Numbered from the stretch's first letter, positions 45,468-59,439 are shown. The stretch is DNA of 64,000 nt from Mustelus asterias (GCF_964213995.1 NC_135804.1:69688001-69752000), one strand, 5' to 3'. Made by a program: numbers and translations. The notes: generated by a model not told the origin, from the sequence alone.

Positions 45468-48467
45468 AGGAGGAAGACCACCAGGCATCTCCAGGGCCAA
45501 CCTGCAACATCCCCTGCACTCCACTGGCAGCACTTCCCTCTTCACGTCAGTTCAAGGCTGGACGTTTAAATATCTGTTCAGATTCGCGCCAAAATTACGT
45601 CACGCCAAAGAGGTGGGAGATGCAGACATGGGCGGAGATTGCCATGTGGATTCCAATAATGGCATGCAAAGGTATGTAAATCGCGCCTGTCGAATTTCAG
45701 CAGGTTCCCGACGGCGCCATTTTTCTCCAGCTGGGAGATGCGCGCGTGGGCGGTAAAAACTGTTGGGGAACCCGTGAAATAGCCGACACGCGCATCTCCC
45801 GGCCTGACCCGACAGAAAAGTTGCGGGTCGCTAAGGGAGAATCGCAGCCCTTATGTGGAATTAATCTGATTGTCATGAGGGTGAGAAAGTTGAGTTCTTA
45901 TTTGAGCTTTGTGTATAAACAATGACTGTTTTCGGAGCGGCTGCATTCTCAAATGGAGGAATGTAGAACAAGACATTTAAAAAAAAACTTGATCAGTCTG
46001 AAAGGAAATCGAAATGCTAAATGACACTTAAAATCTGGACTTGACAGAGCTGAGTGCTTTGCCCGCGATGACAATGGGAATTTCCAAGTTTGAGTTGGGC
46101 ATGTTTTTTATCAGTTTTGAAACAGGATAGAGCATTGAAATGCACGACAAATAGTCCACCGGTATTCGGGCTCATGATATTGCTTTCTGCGCTATGTTCT
46201 TCGCTCGCCCCGAAACCGGAAAATTCCGCCCGACGTCAATGGACCTTTCCATGGTCCGCCCTTCACCCGCTACAATTCCTGTGGCAGACGGAATGGGAAA
46301 AATTTGCCTCAAGAAAAAATATGAATTGATATGAGATCATCAGAAAGGTGCATCAAATGCAATGTTGTATCACGCTTCTGTTTGCTACTGGCCATTGATC
46401 TTTTGTCTATTTCCAGTATTTCTGTTTACGAGAGATTTGAAGAGTCTTTTCCTTATTTAGTTATAGAACTAAATTATGCTAAATTGGAAAAATATTCCAT
46501 GTCACGTGAGACAACGACAATTAAAGTAAAGGGATCTTTATCTGGAAGCAGCTCCAGATAAAGAGATAATATTTGATCAGGACTGCACGATGCTTTAACA
46601 CTTAACTAAAAATTCTAAGCAGTTTTTTTGGCGTTGCAGCCGCCAGGATATTGGGTCCATTGATGTAAGGCTTTAAATTTCGTGTTCCGGTGCAGTCAAG
46701 CCCATTCACATTGAATCGTGTTGATGCACAGAGCAAAAAGTGGCGCGGAACACAGCTAGAGATGCGTATTTTTATTATTGAGCATAAGTTGCCGTATGCC
46801 TGTCATAGAAATCCTGAAGTACATGGTACCTGAATGACGTAGGCCTGAAATTGGCATTATGGAAAATGCAGTTGAATGGTCTTTTTTTTAAAAGAGACAC
46901 ACTTGCCAATTTCGGGACATTTTGCATCGGGGATCAGTGAGTGCCGGAAAAATGACTTCGCTAGGGAGAAAAATGTTTACCAATAAATGTTCAGGTTAAA
47001 TTTAATGTTCTGGTCTTTCATGATCAGAACACAGACATGTTTCAAGTAAATTAATGCAATATCATTTGTTAAACGAACTTAGGATTTGGACCGTCTGATG
47101 TTTTGTATCTAAGATTGTTGTGATATAGCTGCCCAAATGCCCTCAGTGTAACGGGCCTCTGGAAAACAATTGCTACTTGTTCCATTACAATAAATATTTT
47201 ACTATTGTATATGCTAAAATGTTCATTTTGCCATTTCAACCAATAAATCGAAATATCTTATTTTCTGCTCTATTTGAAATATCACATATTGTTGGGATGT
47301 ACTTTGAACAACAAAGGCCAGTCTCGTGAAGATCGACATCAAATATTGCAACTTTAAAAATTCAGAAGCTTTGAAACTAATCCGTTACTATTGCAATATT
47401 ATCATTAACAAAACAGGCATGTAAAGGCAAGTGATAATGTTTGTTACCACCCAAATTAGACAATTGAATCACTTCTTATGCGTTTCCACGATTTCTTTTC
47501 AGATATCACAACAAATCAGTAGGTGAACGGGAGCAGAAGTGGATAGATTCTTGATACGTAAGGGAATGATACGTTATCGAGGGTCGGCAGGATGCAGTTT
47601 TTAAGTTACCATCAGATCAGCCATTATCTTAGAAAATCGCCGGGCATGTTTGACGAGCCGAATGTTCGCATGTTCGTATATTCAATTCACCCTACCTCAA
47701 ATTTGCAGATTTTGGACTCTTATTTCTCCAACTAGAACCATGGCGTGAATATTTTTTTCTTATATGCAACCAAGTGAATCAGAATACTTGATACTAAACG
47801 AAAGATTAAAGTGACTGTAATCGTTAGTTTTTTTTGCAAAGGTGAACTATTTACTAAATTTACGCTCCTGCAGCAGAAACTGCGAGTTTGGTGGTGAGGT
47901 AGCTAGGATTATCATGCCATCGGAAAGAAGGCTTTTTATTTCCGAAGTTTACTATGATTTCCGTTCGCCCAGATTTAGTGCAAGAAGAGCTTCCAAATTA
48001 TCCATGATCCGTTTCGAGCGATATATCAATAAGAAGTCATGCCCGGTGCTCGGACATGCGTGAATTATAGTCAAATTACAGCAGACGTGTAGAAGGAATA
48101 TATTGAATGATCACTTTTTTCAAAATTTAGGTTACTTGTTCTTGAAGGAAAATATGTCATGAAAGCATGCCTGAACAATCCACAATCTGGACACAAGATA
48201 TGGCAAATGACCATAGTCCAGAAAAGATCATAGACTCCTCGCTTTATTATAGAGAGACAATTGATTGTATAGCTTCAACGCTACCACCACATAAAACATG
48301 GGAAACGACAAGCCTCCAAAACGACCACATCCGACTTGGGGACTGACCCAATGCTGTTGGCAAGATTCAGCATCACTGTCCAGCCAGTCAGCCAACGGAG
48401 CTGACCCAAATGGCGAAAGCGACACTTGCAAAAAAGGTCGAAGATGTGGTTAAAGCGCATTTCATAT

Positions 48468-48805
48468 ACAGAATCATAGAATCCTACAGTGCAGAAGGAA
48501 GCCATTCGTCCCATCGAGCCTGCACCGACCACAAACTCACCCAGGCCCTATCCCCATAACCCCATGCATTTATCCTAGCTAGCCCCCCTGACACTAAGGG
48601 TCAATTTAGCATGACCAATCTACAGATCTTTGGACTGTGGGAGGAAATCGGAGCACCTGGAGGAAACCCACACAAACACGGGAGGACGTGCAAACTCCAC
48701 ACAGACAGTGACCCAAGCCGGGAATTGAACCCGGGTCCCTGGCGCTGTGAGGCAGCAGTGCTAACCATTGTGCCACCATGCCACCCCACTACTGTGCCAC
48801 CGTGC
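48468..48805 (-). mobile_element. V-SINE (HE1-like) with a duplicated 5' head
   Basis: tRNA head, V-core and tail; cactgtgccaccgtgc repeated. Confidence 0.85.
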
Positions 48806-49185
48806 AGCCATAGAGCAATGACTGTGCTAAATATGTTCAAGCTCAAATATTTCTCAGTTCAATGTAGCAAATCACATGAGAGTTGCGTGTGGCTAATATT
48901 AGATTGTCGCAGGTTGTTCGACCTGATTGATTCCAAATTTTATCAGCCTTACCCCCTCCTATGCCAACTACAATCTTCTGTAAGAATATGGAAATTGAGA
49001 GGCAATGGGGTTCAATGTCTTTTTACTTTACAGTCACATAATACAATAATAATGATTTCATTTACGATTCATAACGTTCTATAATCTACATATTTGGAAA
49101 GCTATGCAACTGCGGGTTTTGACGATACTATGGAGGATGGGTGCTGGCCATCTGACTGAGGAAGGGTCATGGCAGGAAAGAATTA

Positions 49186-49393
49186 GAACATAGAACATAG
49201 AACATTACAGCGCAGAACAGGCCCTTCGGCCCACGATGTTGCACCGACCAGTTAAAAAAAAAACTGTGACCCTCCAACCTAAACCAATTTCTTTTCGTCC
49301 ATGAACCTATCTACGGATCTCTTAAACGCCCCCAAACTAGGCGCATTTACTACTGATGCTGGCAGGGCATTCCAATCCCTCACCACCCTCTGG
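49186..49393 (-). mobile_element. Young CR1 (family B) 3' end, copy 3
   Basis: Matches 21924-22131 apart from poly-A run length. Confidence 0.9.
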
Positions 49394-50304
49394 ATGACAC
49401 AGGGGATGCCAATGTCAATTGACGGGTCAAGCATGTTGGAGAGGATTTGTAGGGCAAATGAGGGATGGAAAAGTGTGCACTTGGGAGAATCAAGAGGTAC
49501 AAAGGGCAGGTCAAGGGATGGATGGAGTGTCGAGGATAAGAGCAGGGCAGATCAAGATTGACGAGGTAGGCAGTTGAGGATGACATAGGAGGGATGACAG
49601 ATTGAAGAGAATGATTGACAGTTAGTCAAGGGTGTTGGTAAGAGGGCTGAGGGTTACCGAAGGCTGATCAAAGGCAATGGGGGACGTTCAAAGGTGACCA
49701 AGAGAGACTAGAAGATGACAGCTGGCAGCTCCAGGATGATCGTGGGAGAGTTGAAATTCATCACTGTGATTGATGCCAGCATTTTAATGGCAGGTATGGT
49801 GGATTATATTGGACTTGTCTCTCTATGGCAGTCATCAATATCTTCCTGGAGGAAACTATCTGCTCACATGCCTGAGACAGCAGAACTCAAGATTCAAATG
49901 GACTCTTCCACCATCGACAATGCTGCCCAGAGCAACTCACATGCGTCAGTCAGTGAGTCTAAAAAATAGGGTCACATTGTTGAGGATAAGGGGTCGATTA
50001 TATAGAGATTAAGTTTATCACTCAAAGGGTTGTGAATCATTGGAATTCCACAGGAATGTGGATGCTCTGTCTTTGAAAATGGGATAGAATTTTCATCCTG
50101 GAGAATCAAGAGTTAAAGGGAATGAGTGGAAAAGTAGAGTCCAAGATCAGCCGTGACCGCACCGAATTGCAGAGCAGTTCGATGGGCCATACATTCCATT
50201 CTTGCTACGAATCCTTGTATGCGCCCCTGCCTGTCCCTGCATCGCTAACAGTTTTCATACGACTGTGACCAGAGACCCATTGTCTGCAGATTCATTGACA
50301 TGTC

Positions 50305-51106
50305 ACAGGCATTCAGCCTCTGATCTTCGGGTAAGCGTTCTCCAAGGCGGCCTTCACGACACACGGCAGCGCAAAGTTGCTGAGCAGAAACTGATAGCCA
50401 AGTTCCGCACAGATGAGCACGGACTAAACCGGGATGTTGGGTTTATGTCATACTATCAGTAACCCCCACAGCTTGCCTTCTGGACCTGCAGAATCTCACT
50501 GGCTGTCCTGTCTGGAGACAATACACATATCTTCAACCTGCGCTTAATGCTCCCTCCACTCATAGAAGTCATAGAAATCATAGAAACCCTACAGTGCAGA
50601 AGGAGGCCATTCGGCCCATCGAGTCTGCACAGACCACAATCCCACCCAGGCCCTACCCCCACATATTTTACCCGCTAATCCCTCTAACCTACACATCCCA
50701 GGACTCTAAGGGGCAATTTTTTAACCTGGCCAATCAACCTAACCCGCACATCTTTGGACTGTGGGAGGAAACCGGAGCACCCGGTGGAAACCCACGCAGA
50801 CACGAGGAGAATGTGCAAACTCCACACAGACAGTGACCCGAGCCGGGAATCGAACCCGGGACCCTGGAGCTGTGAAGCAGCAGTGCTAACCACTGTGCTA
50901 CCGTGCCGCCCATATTGTCTGTATCTTTAAAACCTGGTTGGCTGTCGATATTCGCATTCTAATCAGTATTCTGTAACTTGATTTTGTGTCTCTGTGCCCT
51001 GTTTGAGAGCAGATTTCCACTCCATCTGACGAAGGAGCAGTGCTCCGAAAGTATTTGCTCCCAAATAAACCTGTTGGACTTTAACCTGTTGTTGTTAAAA
51101 CTCTTA
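50305..51106 (+). mobile_element. Penelope-like 3' fragment split by a V-SINE; damaged hammerhead motif at 51017-51056
   Basis: HSASDLRVSVLQGGLHDTRQRKVAEQKLIAKFRTDEHGLNRDVGFMSYYQ*; CTGACGA-A-GGAGC-agt-GCTCC-GAAA. Confidence 0.85.
50567..50910 (-). mobile_element. Young V-SINE (HE1-like)
   Basis: Complete head, core and tail; very similar to 63729-64000. Confidence 0.9.
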
Positions 51107-51269
51107 CGATCCATTGACTCCCACAGCTTGCTGATGTGTGCACATCAGTTCATAACTCTGAGCGTATTCACTGAGTATGAGAGTCTCGCACCGGTGGGGA
51201 GAGTGGAGAAAAGATGTGATCTTGTTTCCATAGCATCTGGATGGACAAACAGGCAGGAAGTGCAGGCAA

Positions 51270-53290
51270 ATGGCTTCCAGAAAGACGGCCGCGCATTTCT
51301 CTGATGCTGAGCAAACCAGTTTGCTGGAGGCGGGAGACCCGACTCCCCACCTCCCCCATCCCACAGAGGGATGGTACCCCAGGGGAAGGGATAGCAAAGC
51401 AGCCTGGGAGGCAGTGGCAGTGTCTGCCAGTGTGAGGGCACTGGCACGGAGAACCGTCAACTGTGCCTGAAAATTCTCAGTTGCCTAATCTGGGCAGCAA
51501 GGATGAGTGTTAAAGCTGACCTAGCACCTTTCGCCTCTTTGACCTCCAGTTCCCTCCATCCCAGCACCCTGCATGCTTCCAGCCCCTGACCCCCCCCTAG
51601 CAATTCCCTCCAAATGGCTCACAACCCTGCAGGCCTCCTGCTGTCAGAATTTAAATGGGTCCTTCCATCCCCAAAGGAGAAGAATGACCATAACCACTGG
51701 GAGAGGGCCAAGGCAGGGGGTGGAGTGTCCAAAATCCAGTTCCTCACCCCATTTGCGGAGCGGCACTGGAACTCACAGAAGAAGAGTGGTCCACATCATC
51801 AGTAACAGGCAGGTCGGGCTGCAGCACAGAAAGTGAGAACCTGCAAATTCTCCACTCATTGGAGATCGCTCAAGTAAGTTGCAGGCAGCCCAGATTCCTG
51901 TCTCTCCCTTGCACTCAACCTTGTGTCCTGTGTTGCAGGAAAGGACCCTGATGCACCAGGCCCATCTGGCATTGCCACCCCACCCGACACCCTGCATCAA
52001 CCCCCACCCCCTTCTATCGTCCTCATGACGACTCAGAAGACTCCTCGGAGGAAGGTGATGATGTGACCTCTGAGGCCAGCATCAATCTCACGTCAGCTTC
52101 CACCTCACAGTTGACCACCCCAGAGACTGTCACTCCGGTGGGTCAGGTTAGTGGTGAGGCATCTGGGTCACTCTTTTGGGTGCGCCACACCTCTGCTGAT
52201 GTACATCAGGTGGAGGGGCGAATTCCAAGGGGGGCCTGCCAGAGGTGAGAACTCAGCTGACCCCAGGCTACATGCTGGGCTTCTGTGATCACTTCTCCCT
52301 TAGCTGCAGGAGATGCAGCAACAGAGCAAGGGAATGTGGCAGGGGCTGACAGCAACACTGGCCCAATGGTGAGGATGTTGGGAGGAGTCCGAAAGCTTTC
52401 AGGTGGAGCAGCTATTGCCAGTCTTGCATGGTTCCCAGGCCAACACTGCAAGAGTGGCATTTGCAGTGGAAAGCCTGGGGTGTGAAAACAATCACCATAA
52501 ATGGCACTGCTGAAGTGATGGCCAAGTCACAGCAGGTCACAGCTGAGTCACAGTGGACCACAGCTAAGTCACAGCAGGCCATGGATGAGTCACAGCAGGC
52601 CACAGCTGAGTCACAGCAGGCCGCAGCTGAGAGCCATAACAGGCTTAGCAAGATTCCACGGCCCATGGCTGAGAGGCTTGAGAGCTTGCAGGACACCCAG
52701 CAGGACAATGCAGAGATACAGTGGGATATGGCTGCAGCCCTTGAGAATATGGCCCACTCACAGTCAGCCATTGCTGAGCAGCTGCAGAGCATGGTGCAGT
52801 CCCAGAGGGCACTTGCTGCTGCCATTGACAGGTAGCCCCAGACTCAGAGGGCCATTGCCGAGGGTTTACAAACCATGGCAAGAATGCAGGTGGGCTTCCA
52901 TGACTGGCAGGACCAGGTGACGCCAGAGCTTCTGGACCTCACTGCAGAAGCACTGCCATCCTATGCAGTGACACAACGGCCCACAAGCACCCCAAGGGAG
53001 GAGGAAGGGCTGGAGCCCATGCCAGGGCCCTACACCGAGGAGGCTGCAGCTATGGCTTCACCTTCTGACCCCTCCCTTCCTGACACTGGGGCATCTCAGA
53101 GGCAGCAGGATGAACAGGGTGGCATGGATACGTCTGTGACACCTGGAAGCCGGCTGTGATCTCAAGATCCAGACCCACCAGAGGACGATTGTGAAGGCCA
53201 TGGGGCGCAGTAGGCAGCTGACCACCTCCACCTCTGATGTGCATCCAGGGGAGACATCCAGGTGCACTGCTAGGCCACGTAGAGTTAAGA
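51270..53290 (+). pseudogene. Second Harbinger Myb/SANT-like gene, decayed, with a 21-bp heptad repeat at 52521-52631
   Basis: MASRKTAAHFSDAEQTSLLEA...AWEAVAVSAS; KEKNDHNHWERAKAGGGV; (AESQQAT)n coiled coil; C-terminus similar to ~41690-42030. Confidence 0.75.
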
Positions 53291-53993
53291 AGTTGTAGTG
53301 GCACCAAGATGGCATGGGTGAAGGTGTGTACCAGTGAGATAATTGAATTAGGCAATGTTAAATTTCACTCCCACTTGTAATGTATGAGCACGGAGTTTGA
53401 GGCACATTTACTGCCACCAATAAAAACGTTATTTCACCTCACAGCTATGCCTAATTTGTGTCCGATTAGCCTCCAACAGGAATGTCCGTACACCGATCTT
53501 TGTAGGAGGCACACTGCATGTTGATGTCCATGGGGGAGGGCACTCAGCGTACCGCTACTATGAAAATCAATGCACCCAAATCATTCACTGGTTATAGCAT
53601 GTGGCATGCAGGGGCACTGACTTACAATATCTGCCATGGCATCCCCAGAACAAAGGAAAAATTCCCTCACTCCCAACGCACCCACCCAAAGGCCCTGTAT
53701 CTGTTTTTAGTGCTCCCTTACCACCAGATGTGGGCTCCGGTGCCAGCGTGCATGCAGAGCCCAGGTAGAAATCAGACTAGATTGCATCAGGACATCATCA
53801 CATAATGGTGTACAGTAAGTCGTCATCAGCCCCCTGCCTGCCACAGAAAAACCCTAACATAGCCTACCCAGGCCCGTCACTCTGGTGTTACAACGGTGTA
53901 GACAATTGTAGGGGTAAACAAGAGGTGGGGGAGTGGAGGGTTGGAACCCATGTATGGCAACATAAGCCCCCTAGTTGCCAAACTGCATCTTGA

Positions 53994-55222
53994 TTAGGGC
54001 CTTCCTTGCTGCCCTCGCATGCCGGAGCCTTGCTGCTGCCAGCACTCCAGCACCTGGGTGGTATTAGTCATGGTCATCGTCTTCCTCAACATCCTCCTGA
54101 GCGGCCTCCTCCCCAATGACGCCTGGCTGGTCACCCTCCAGCAAGTCCTCCTCCAGAAGTCTCCCCATGCTGTACCAGAGTGTGGAGGGCTCAGTAGACC
54201 ACCACAATGCGGGATGCTCTCAGGAGACCAAACTGCAGGGCCCCACCAGGGTAGTCCAGGCACCTGAATCATATTTTAAGGAGCCCTATGCCCTGCTCTA
54301 TGATTGACTGAGTCGCAACGTGGGCCTCATTGTATCAGGTCTCCGCCTCGGTCTCAGGCCTCTGTACTGATGTCATCAGCCAAGCCTGAAGTGGGCACTC
54401 CATTTCCCGCATGAGCCATCACTGCACTCTGGGCTCCTCCGCGAAGACCCCCGGAATATCAGACTTCCTCAAGGTGAAACTGTAATGCACACTTTAGGGG
54501 TGTTTTGCACAGACATGCATGATGTATTGCAGATGGCCGCACTCCAACAACACGTTGATGGAATGGAACCTCTTCCTGTTCATGAAGAATGCAGAATTCT
54601 TCTCCAGGGCCCTGAGGGTGATGTGGGTGAAGTCTTTAGTTCCCTGCACGTTTGGCATCCCTGTGATGGCCACAAGTCCTGAAGCCTAGGCTTCCTGTTG
54701 GGCTTGGCCCTCATCAAATTTGATATGCCGTGCTGCCCGGGAATTCAGAGCATCCATGACCTCCCTCACGCACATATGCACGGATGACTGTGAGATGCGT
54801 GCTGCCGGCCTCAACGGACCGGTAGCGTAAAAGTTTAGGGCAGTTGTCACTTTCACAGCCACTGGAGGTTGGTGCCCCCCGCCCCCCCCCCCCAACCCTT
54901 GCCCCGAGGTGCCAGGTCTTGAAGCACATGGTGCAGGAGTTGCACTGTCTCCTTCCATAGGTGGAGCCATTGGTGGCACACGATGTCCCACAACTGTTCA
55001 AAGAACACTCGCATCCGGAACTGCCATGGTCTCCATTTCCTCATTCTCCTACCCCCTCCGGGCAATTGTCTGCCACCTCCTGCCTCTGGCGGCCTTATCC
55101 CTCTCTTCCTGCTTCAGCCACTGGGCCTGCCATGTCCACAATTGATCCTCCTCCCGCTCCTCAACCCCTGCAGCAACTAAAAGAACCACAAGGTCTATCA
55201 GTTGCACTGCATGATCCATCAT
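53994..55222 (-). pseudogene. Second Harbinger transposase, decayed
   Basis: PPVAVKVTTALNFYATG...ISQSSVHMCVREVMDAL; FMNRKRFHSINV; many frameshifts. Confidence 0.82.
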
Positions 55223-56759
55223 AAATCTGGGGTGGGCGAGGGGAGGAAGCAGGAGAAAAATTGAAAAGTTAGAGAATTCTGCCCCACCACCCCCACCCCC
55301 GACAAGCCACCCAACCTTCCACCCCCCAGACAAGCCACACACCCCTCCCCCCACCCTCCCCATACACACACACATACATACACACACAGGATCCATCAGT
55401 CGTGGCCCGAGACAGCACTGCTTTACAAGCACCAAGGATGCAGTGCTGCCGGTTTTGAGTCTTTACACCCCATCTTCCCACCACCAACTTTGGTTGCTGC
55501 TACTAGTGCTAGGACACAGAGCCAGTGCTAAGACCCGAGGTCGTGATACTCTGCTTCACACTACAACTACGATTTGTATACAACTTCTCTGCTCCTTGAT
55601 TTTTTTTTTACATCCAACCAAAATAATTCAGCTTGATATTTTGGAATTTATCTTAAGTTTTCTGACAATTTTTTATCTTATGAAGTGAGATCCTGAAGGC
55701 AAATGATTTCAACCTGAGAGAACTGAGCAGATATTCTTGTCTAAATAACTAGGTTAGTTGAGTTACTTGAAACCCTGATATTTTGCAGTGAGCACAACCT
55801 TGTTACCTTTTGTACTGCTGTGGTTGTTATGAATGGATAAGTTCTCGATGTGAGAAATAAAAAGTTGCAAAATAAAGTTTGTCGACTGATTCCCTCAATG
55901 TTTTTTATTTTTCCAAGTTTTAGGTAATACATATTTCAACCAGTGAGAAACGGAACGAGGTGTGGGAAAGCAGTATCTTCAAATGAGCCAAAAGCATTAC
56001 AATGACTATCTAATCTGCCGGTCCACCTTGGAAATCATATCTTCGGTGGAACTCCGAAAATAGCCAAAAGTGGGCACAGCTCTAAATTAATTTTAAACAC
56101 TTCTGAAAAAATAGCAAATATCAATGACCAAAACTAGAAAACTTAAGACAAGACCAAACATGTGGGCCAGATCGGCCAGAGAGCTGTATACCTATCACAC
56201 ATCTCGAGAGATGCTGAATGAATCTGGGCAAGCTTCGTTTGAGAAACTTTTATTCGATTAAGGACCTTAAACTGTATCAATCTAGGCCTGGCACATGACG
56301 CTGTGGAGTCCACATGAAAAATAATTCTCTTCTACCACCCATCTGAAAATTCTACTTCTAATTCTCTCTCCAAATCAGATGTCGCCTCAAGGAGGACAGA
56401 GCAATTCAGGAGCATAAATGGTTATACATGAGATAACTATGTCCTTCTATTAGGAAGAAAGTCTAACAATGTGCTCAATGCCAGTGCAGATGGAATGGAT
56501 GAGAATGTTGGCTACTGAGTATATCTAAAATGTCTGAATACCAACAACAGGAAAAGTGAAAGCAATACCATGATTTGCAATCAAACCTACCAAAACGATT
56601 ATTCTCATTCAAGTCTTTCAAGCAAAGATGGAAGAAATAAATGATTGCCAGAAATTGTTGAGAAATGATAGAGAGGCTTTCAATTTAATGTGTAATTGAA
56701 ACTGAGACCATATTTTAAGAATTAAAAGTGCAATGGGATTATAAGTGTAACAGGAGGCT

Positions 56760-58850
56760 TTCAAGTTAATGTGCACCACAATTGAGGTCATGATGGGGTT
56801 CGTCAGTATGGTTCCCATCAACATGCAGACGTTGGTCACATGCATCCACTCAACTGGCCTTTCACATGAGGGGTTTTTTGGGGTAGGGGGAGATGGAGAT
56901 CTGGTAATGCAGGCATATGGTGTCACTGGGACTTTGCAGGGTCCACTTCACACTATTGTGAGGGTTGTGCTTAGTTCCAGAGGCATTCACGAATGAGAGT
57001 CAGGGCTCTGTTAAGATCCCTTATAGTTCACTGTGGTTTTCTCCTCTTCACAATGCACAATTCTGAAGGACCATGGACTCTGTCAAAATGAGTATGCTAA
57101 TTATCACCATAGAGCAGAAGCAGAGACACTGATGTGTTGTGGCACCTGGCCGGGACCAGCGCCCTGTGAAGGAGGGAGAGATTGGACCTGTCACTGTTCC
57201 AGGAGCAGCACCACAGATGTATGAACCACTTAGGTACTGGCCAAGAGTCTTCTGACTTTGGTCATCCCACTTGGAAATCTCAGAGTTTTAGTGTCATAGA
57301 AGGCTGATGGGGGACGTCTGGGGGATGACCATCATGACCTCGATTGGGGTGAGTGATGATAGACATCACCTACAAGCGTTGCATAGGGGTGCACATCAGT
57401 GTTATCTGTTTTGCGTTGAAGCCTTTCTGAGAATTTCAACTGAATGCTTGGATCGTTTGCTTCCACTCATTTTTGTGCAAACCAAATGAACTAAATTAAC
57501 TAAATTAACGAACTAATTAACTAATTAACAGTGGACCACCTCTGTCAGATCCAGGTTGATCACTTGGAATGGGTGGACATCCACTGCCTGTGGCCCTTAA
57601 AGTGAAAGCCGCTCTGAATTTCAATGCCACTGGCTCATTCCAGGACAGCACTGGCGACGTGTGAGGCACCACCCAGTCAACCACACATAGGGGGGTGCAT
57701 CCAGGAGGTAACAGGTGCTCTTTATGCAAGGGCTCACATGTATATCAGTTTGGACGAGGACCAGCCAAGCAAAGGTGCCAGGGTTATGGGCTTCACCCGC
57801 TTCGCAGGCTTGCCCCAGGTGCAAGGTTTGAATGACTGCACCATGTGGCTCTAAGCTCTCCATGTTGACACCATGTTGGTGGCATTAAATGACAGGGTGG
57901 AGGTTCCATGGATGAACAAAGTGATTTTTAATGCAAAAGGTTTAATATAATGGTGACTTCCCTACACTAGTGCCTAGATTCACCCATTCCCACTAATTGT
58001 CTACAATTTATTAAACTTCCTCATGCTATGTCAATATATATGTATCCCCAGGATCCACAACTGAGGTTGAGGTGGCCTGCTGACTTCCATACCCTATTGC
58101 CTGAGATGACCTTGGTGGGCATTCCCTGGGAGGCTTGGACCTTGAGGGTCCACCTGCTTTTGGGTAGCACAGGTGTTTGACTGCTGCCCTCCTCAGGGTC
58201 CAGGGCTGGAGGTATGTTGCTCTCAGGAAGGGAAGTGTCAGATGAACTGGAGATGCCCAAGGTCCCCTGGCTGGCAGACCACGGGCTGTACTCCTGCTGA
58301 TCCTTTTCTCTTTGGGTCGCCCCTGTGCCCCTCCATGGGATAGAGTGAAATTCAGAAGTCCTGCCATCCTTTGACACTGACAATCATGGATTCCCACTCG
58401 TGCCTGCACCATCCAGTTCAAGCCCTGCACCATGAAACTCACACGCTTAGAGATGGAGGTTATGAGTTAAGCCATGGTGTAGAAATCTCCTGCATGGAGT
58501 GCACATCTCCTGCCAAAGTCTCCACTGCAGTTTCCACTCTTGCAGTGTCAGCCTTGTTACGTGAAGTGACAGCACCATTTTCTCAACAGAAGGCAATGGG
58601 AGTCTACCTGTCAGGCTTGCAATCTGAAGAGCGATGCTATCATGCCTCCCTGATACTCGTGACTCTGCCTTTGCAGCTCCTTCAGCTCTAGGATGACTGG
58701 ATCCAGAGGTACATCATCGGCAAGGGGCTCAGCAGAGTCCTGGGCTCCAACATCCCTCCACATACTGGTTCCCTGTGACGTCTCTGCCTCCAACTGCTGT
58801 GGATGTTCAGCTATGAGGTGCATTGTTCTCAATGTAAAGTTCAGGCGAAC
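56760..58850. mobile_element. Third, rearranged Harbinger remnant (transposase piece + at ~57570-57860; Myb-like pieces - at ~58020-58850)
   Basis: GHPLPVALKVKAALNFNATGSFQDSTGD; CIQEVTGALYARA; WRDVGAQDSA motif shared with the WRFVGGQDSA of the first element. Confidence 0.65.
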
Positions 58851-59439
58851 TTACAGTAAGCCTTGTACACAGTGAATTAGTAAAGTATTCGGACAGGCAG
58901 ATTCCACAGTAATTGCTGAGAGAGATGCTTAGCTTGTGCTGGATTGGGAATATAGGTCAGCTCCTGATCTTTGATCCCACCTGTCAGTTCCAACCAACAG
59001 AAATTAAAGTTTGTCGGTTTCTACAAAAGGTTGTATGGTCCACAACACCAGTTACCCTTGGGTGGCAAGGTGACAGTCTACCCTGCTGTCATGTTTAATT
59101 ATTTTTTATTTCATTTCTATAACTGAGCAGAAGCGACATATTCAGCCCCTGAAAAGAGGAATGGATAGCAGAAAGTGGTGTCTACAGTCTCCTACTGGCT
59201 CAGTGAAAAAGGGGTCATCTCCATCATAGCAGATTCATGAAAGTAAAGCTGGATCGCTCACACAAACATTTTGCCAAATAGAACAAAGTTCGTAATAGAT
59301 CAACTGACAATTGTTCTAATACACAGACCCAATTACAAGGATGGAATATCATAGAAAATAAATATCTACCTCATGCTCTAAAAATAAATTTAAAAATCAT
59401 TTTATAAAGGTAAAGATATGTTGAGGTCTTAATGGATAC

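Larger units (their letters stand above)
38716..45850. mobile_element. Complete but decayed PIF/Harbinger transposon (~7.1 kb including nested insertions)
   Basis: TIRs GCCGCGATTCTCCC / GGGAGAATCGCAGCCC, TTA TSD on both sides, convergent Myb-like and transposase genes. Confidence 0.88.

Noticed and set aside
52521-52631. Regular short repeats as a CRISPR-like array
   Set aside because: Contiguous 21-bp coding tandem repeat with no unique spacers, in eukaryotic DNA.
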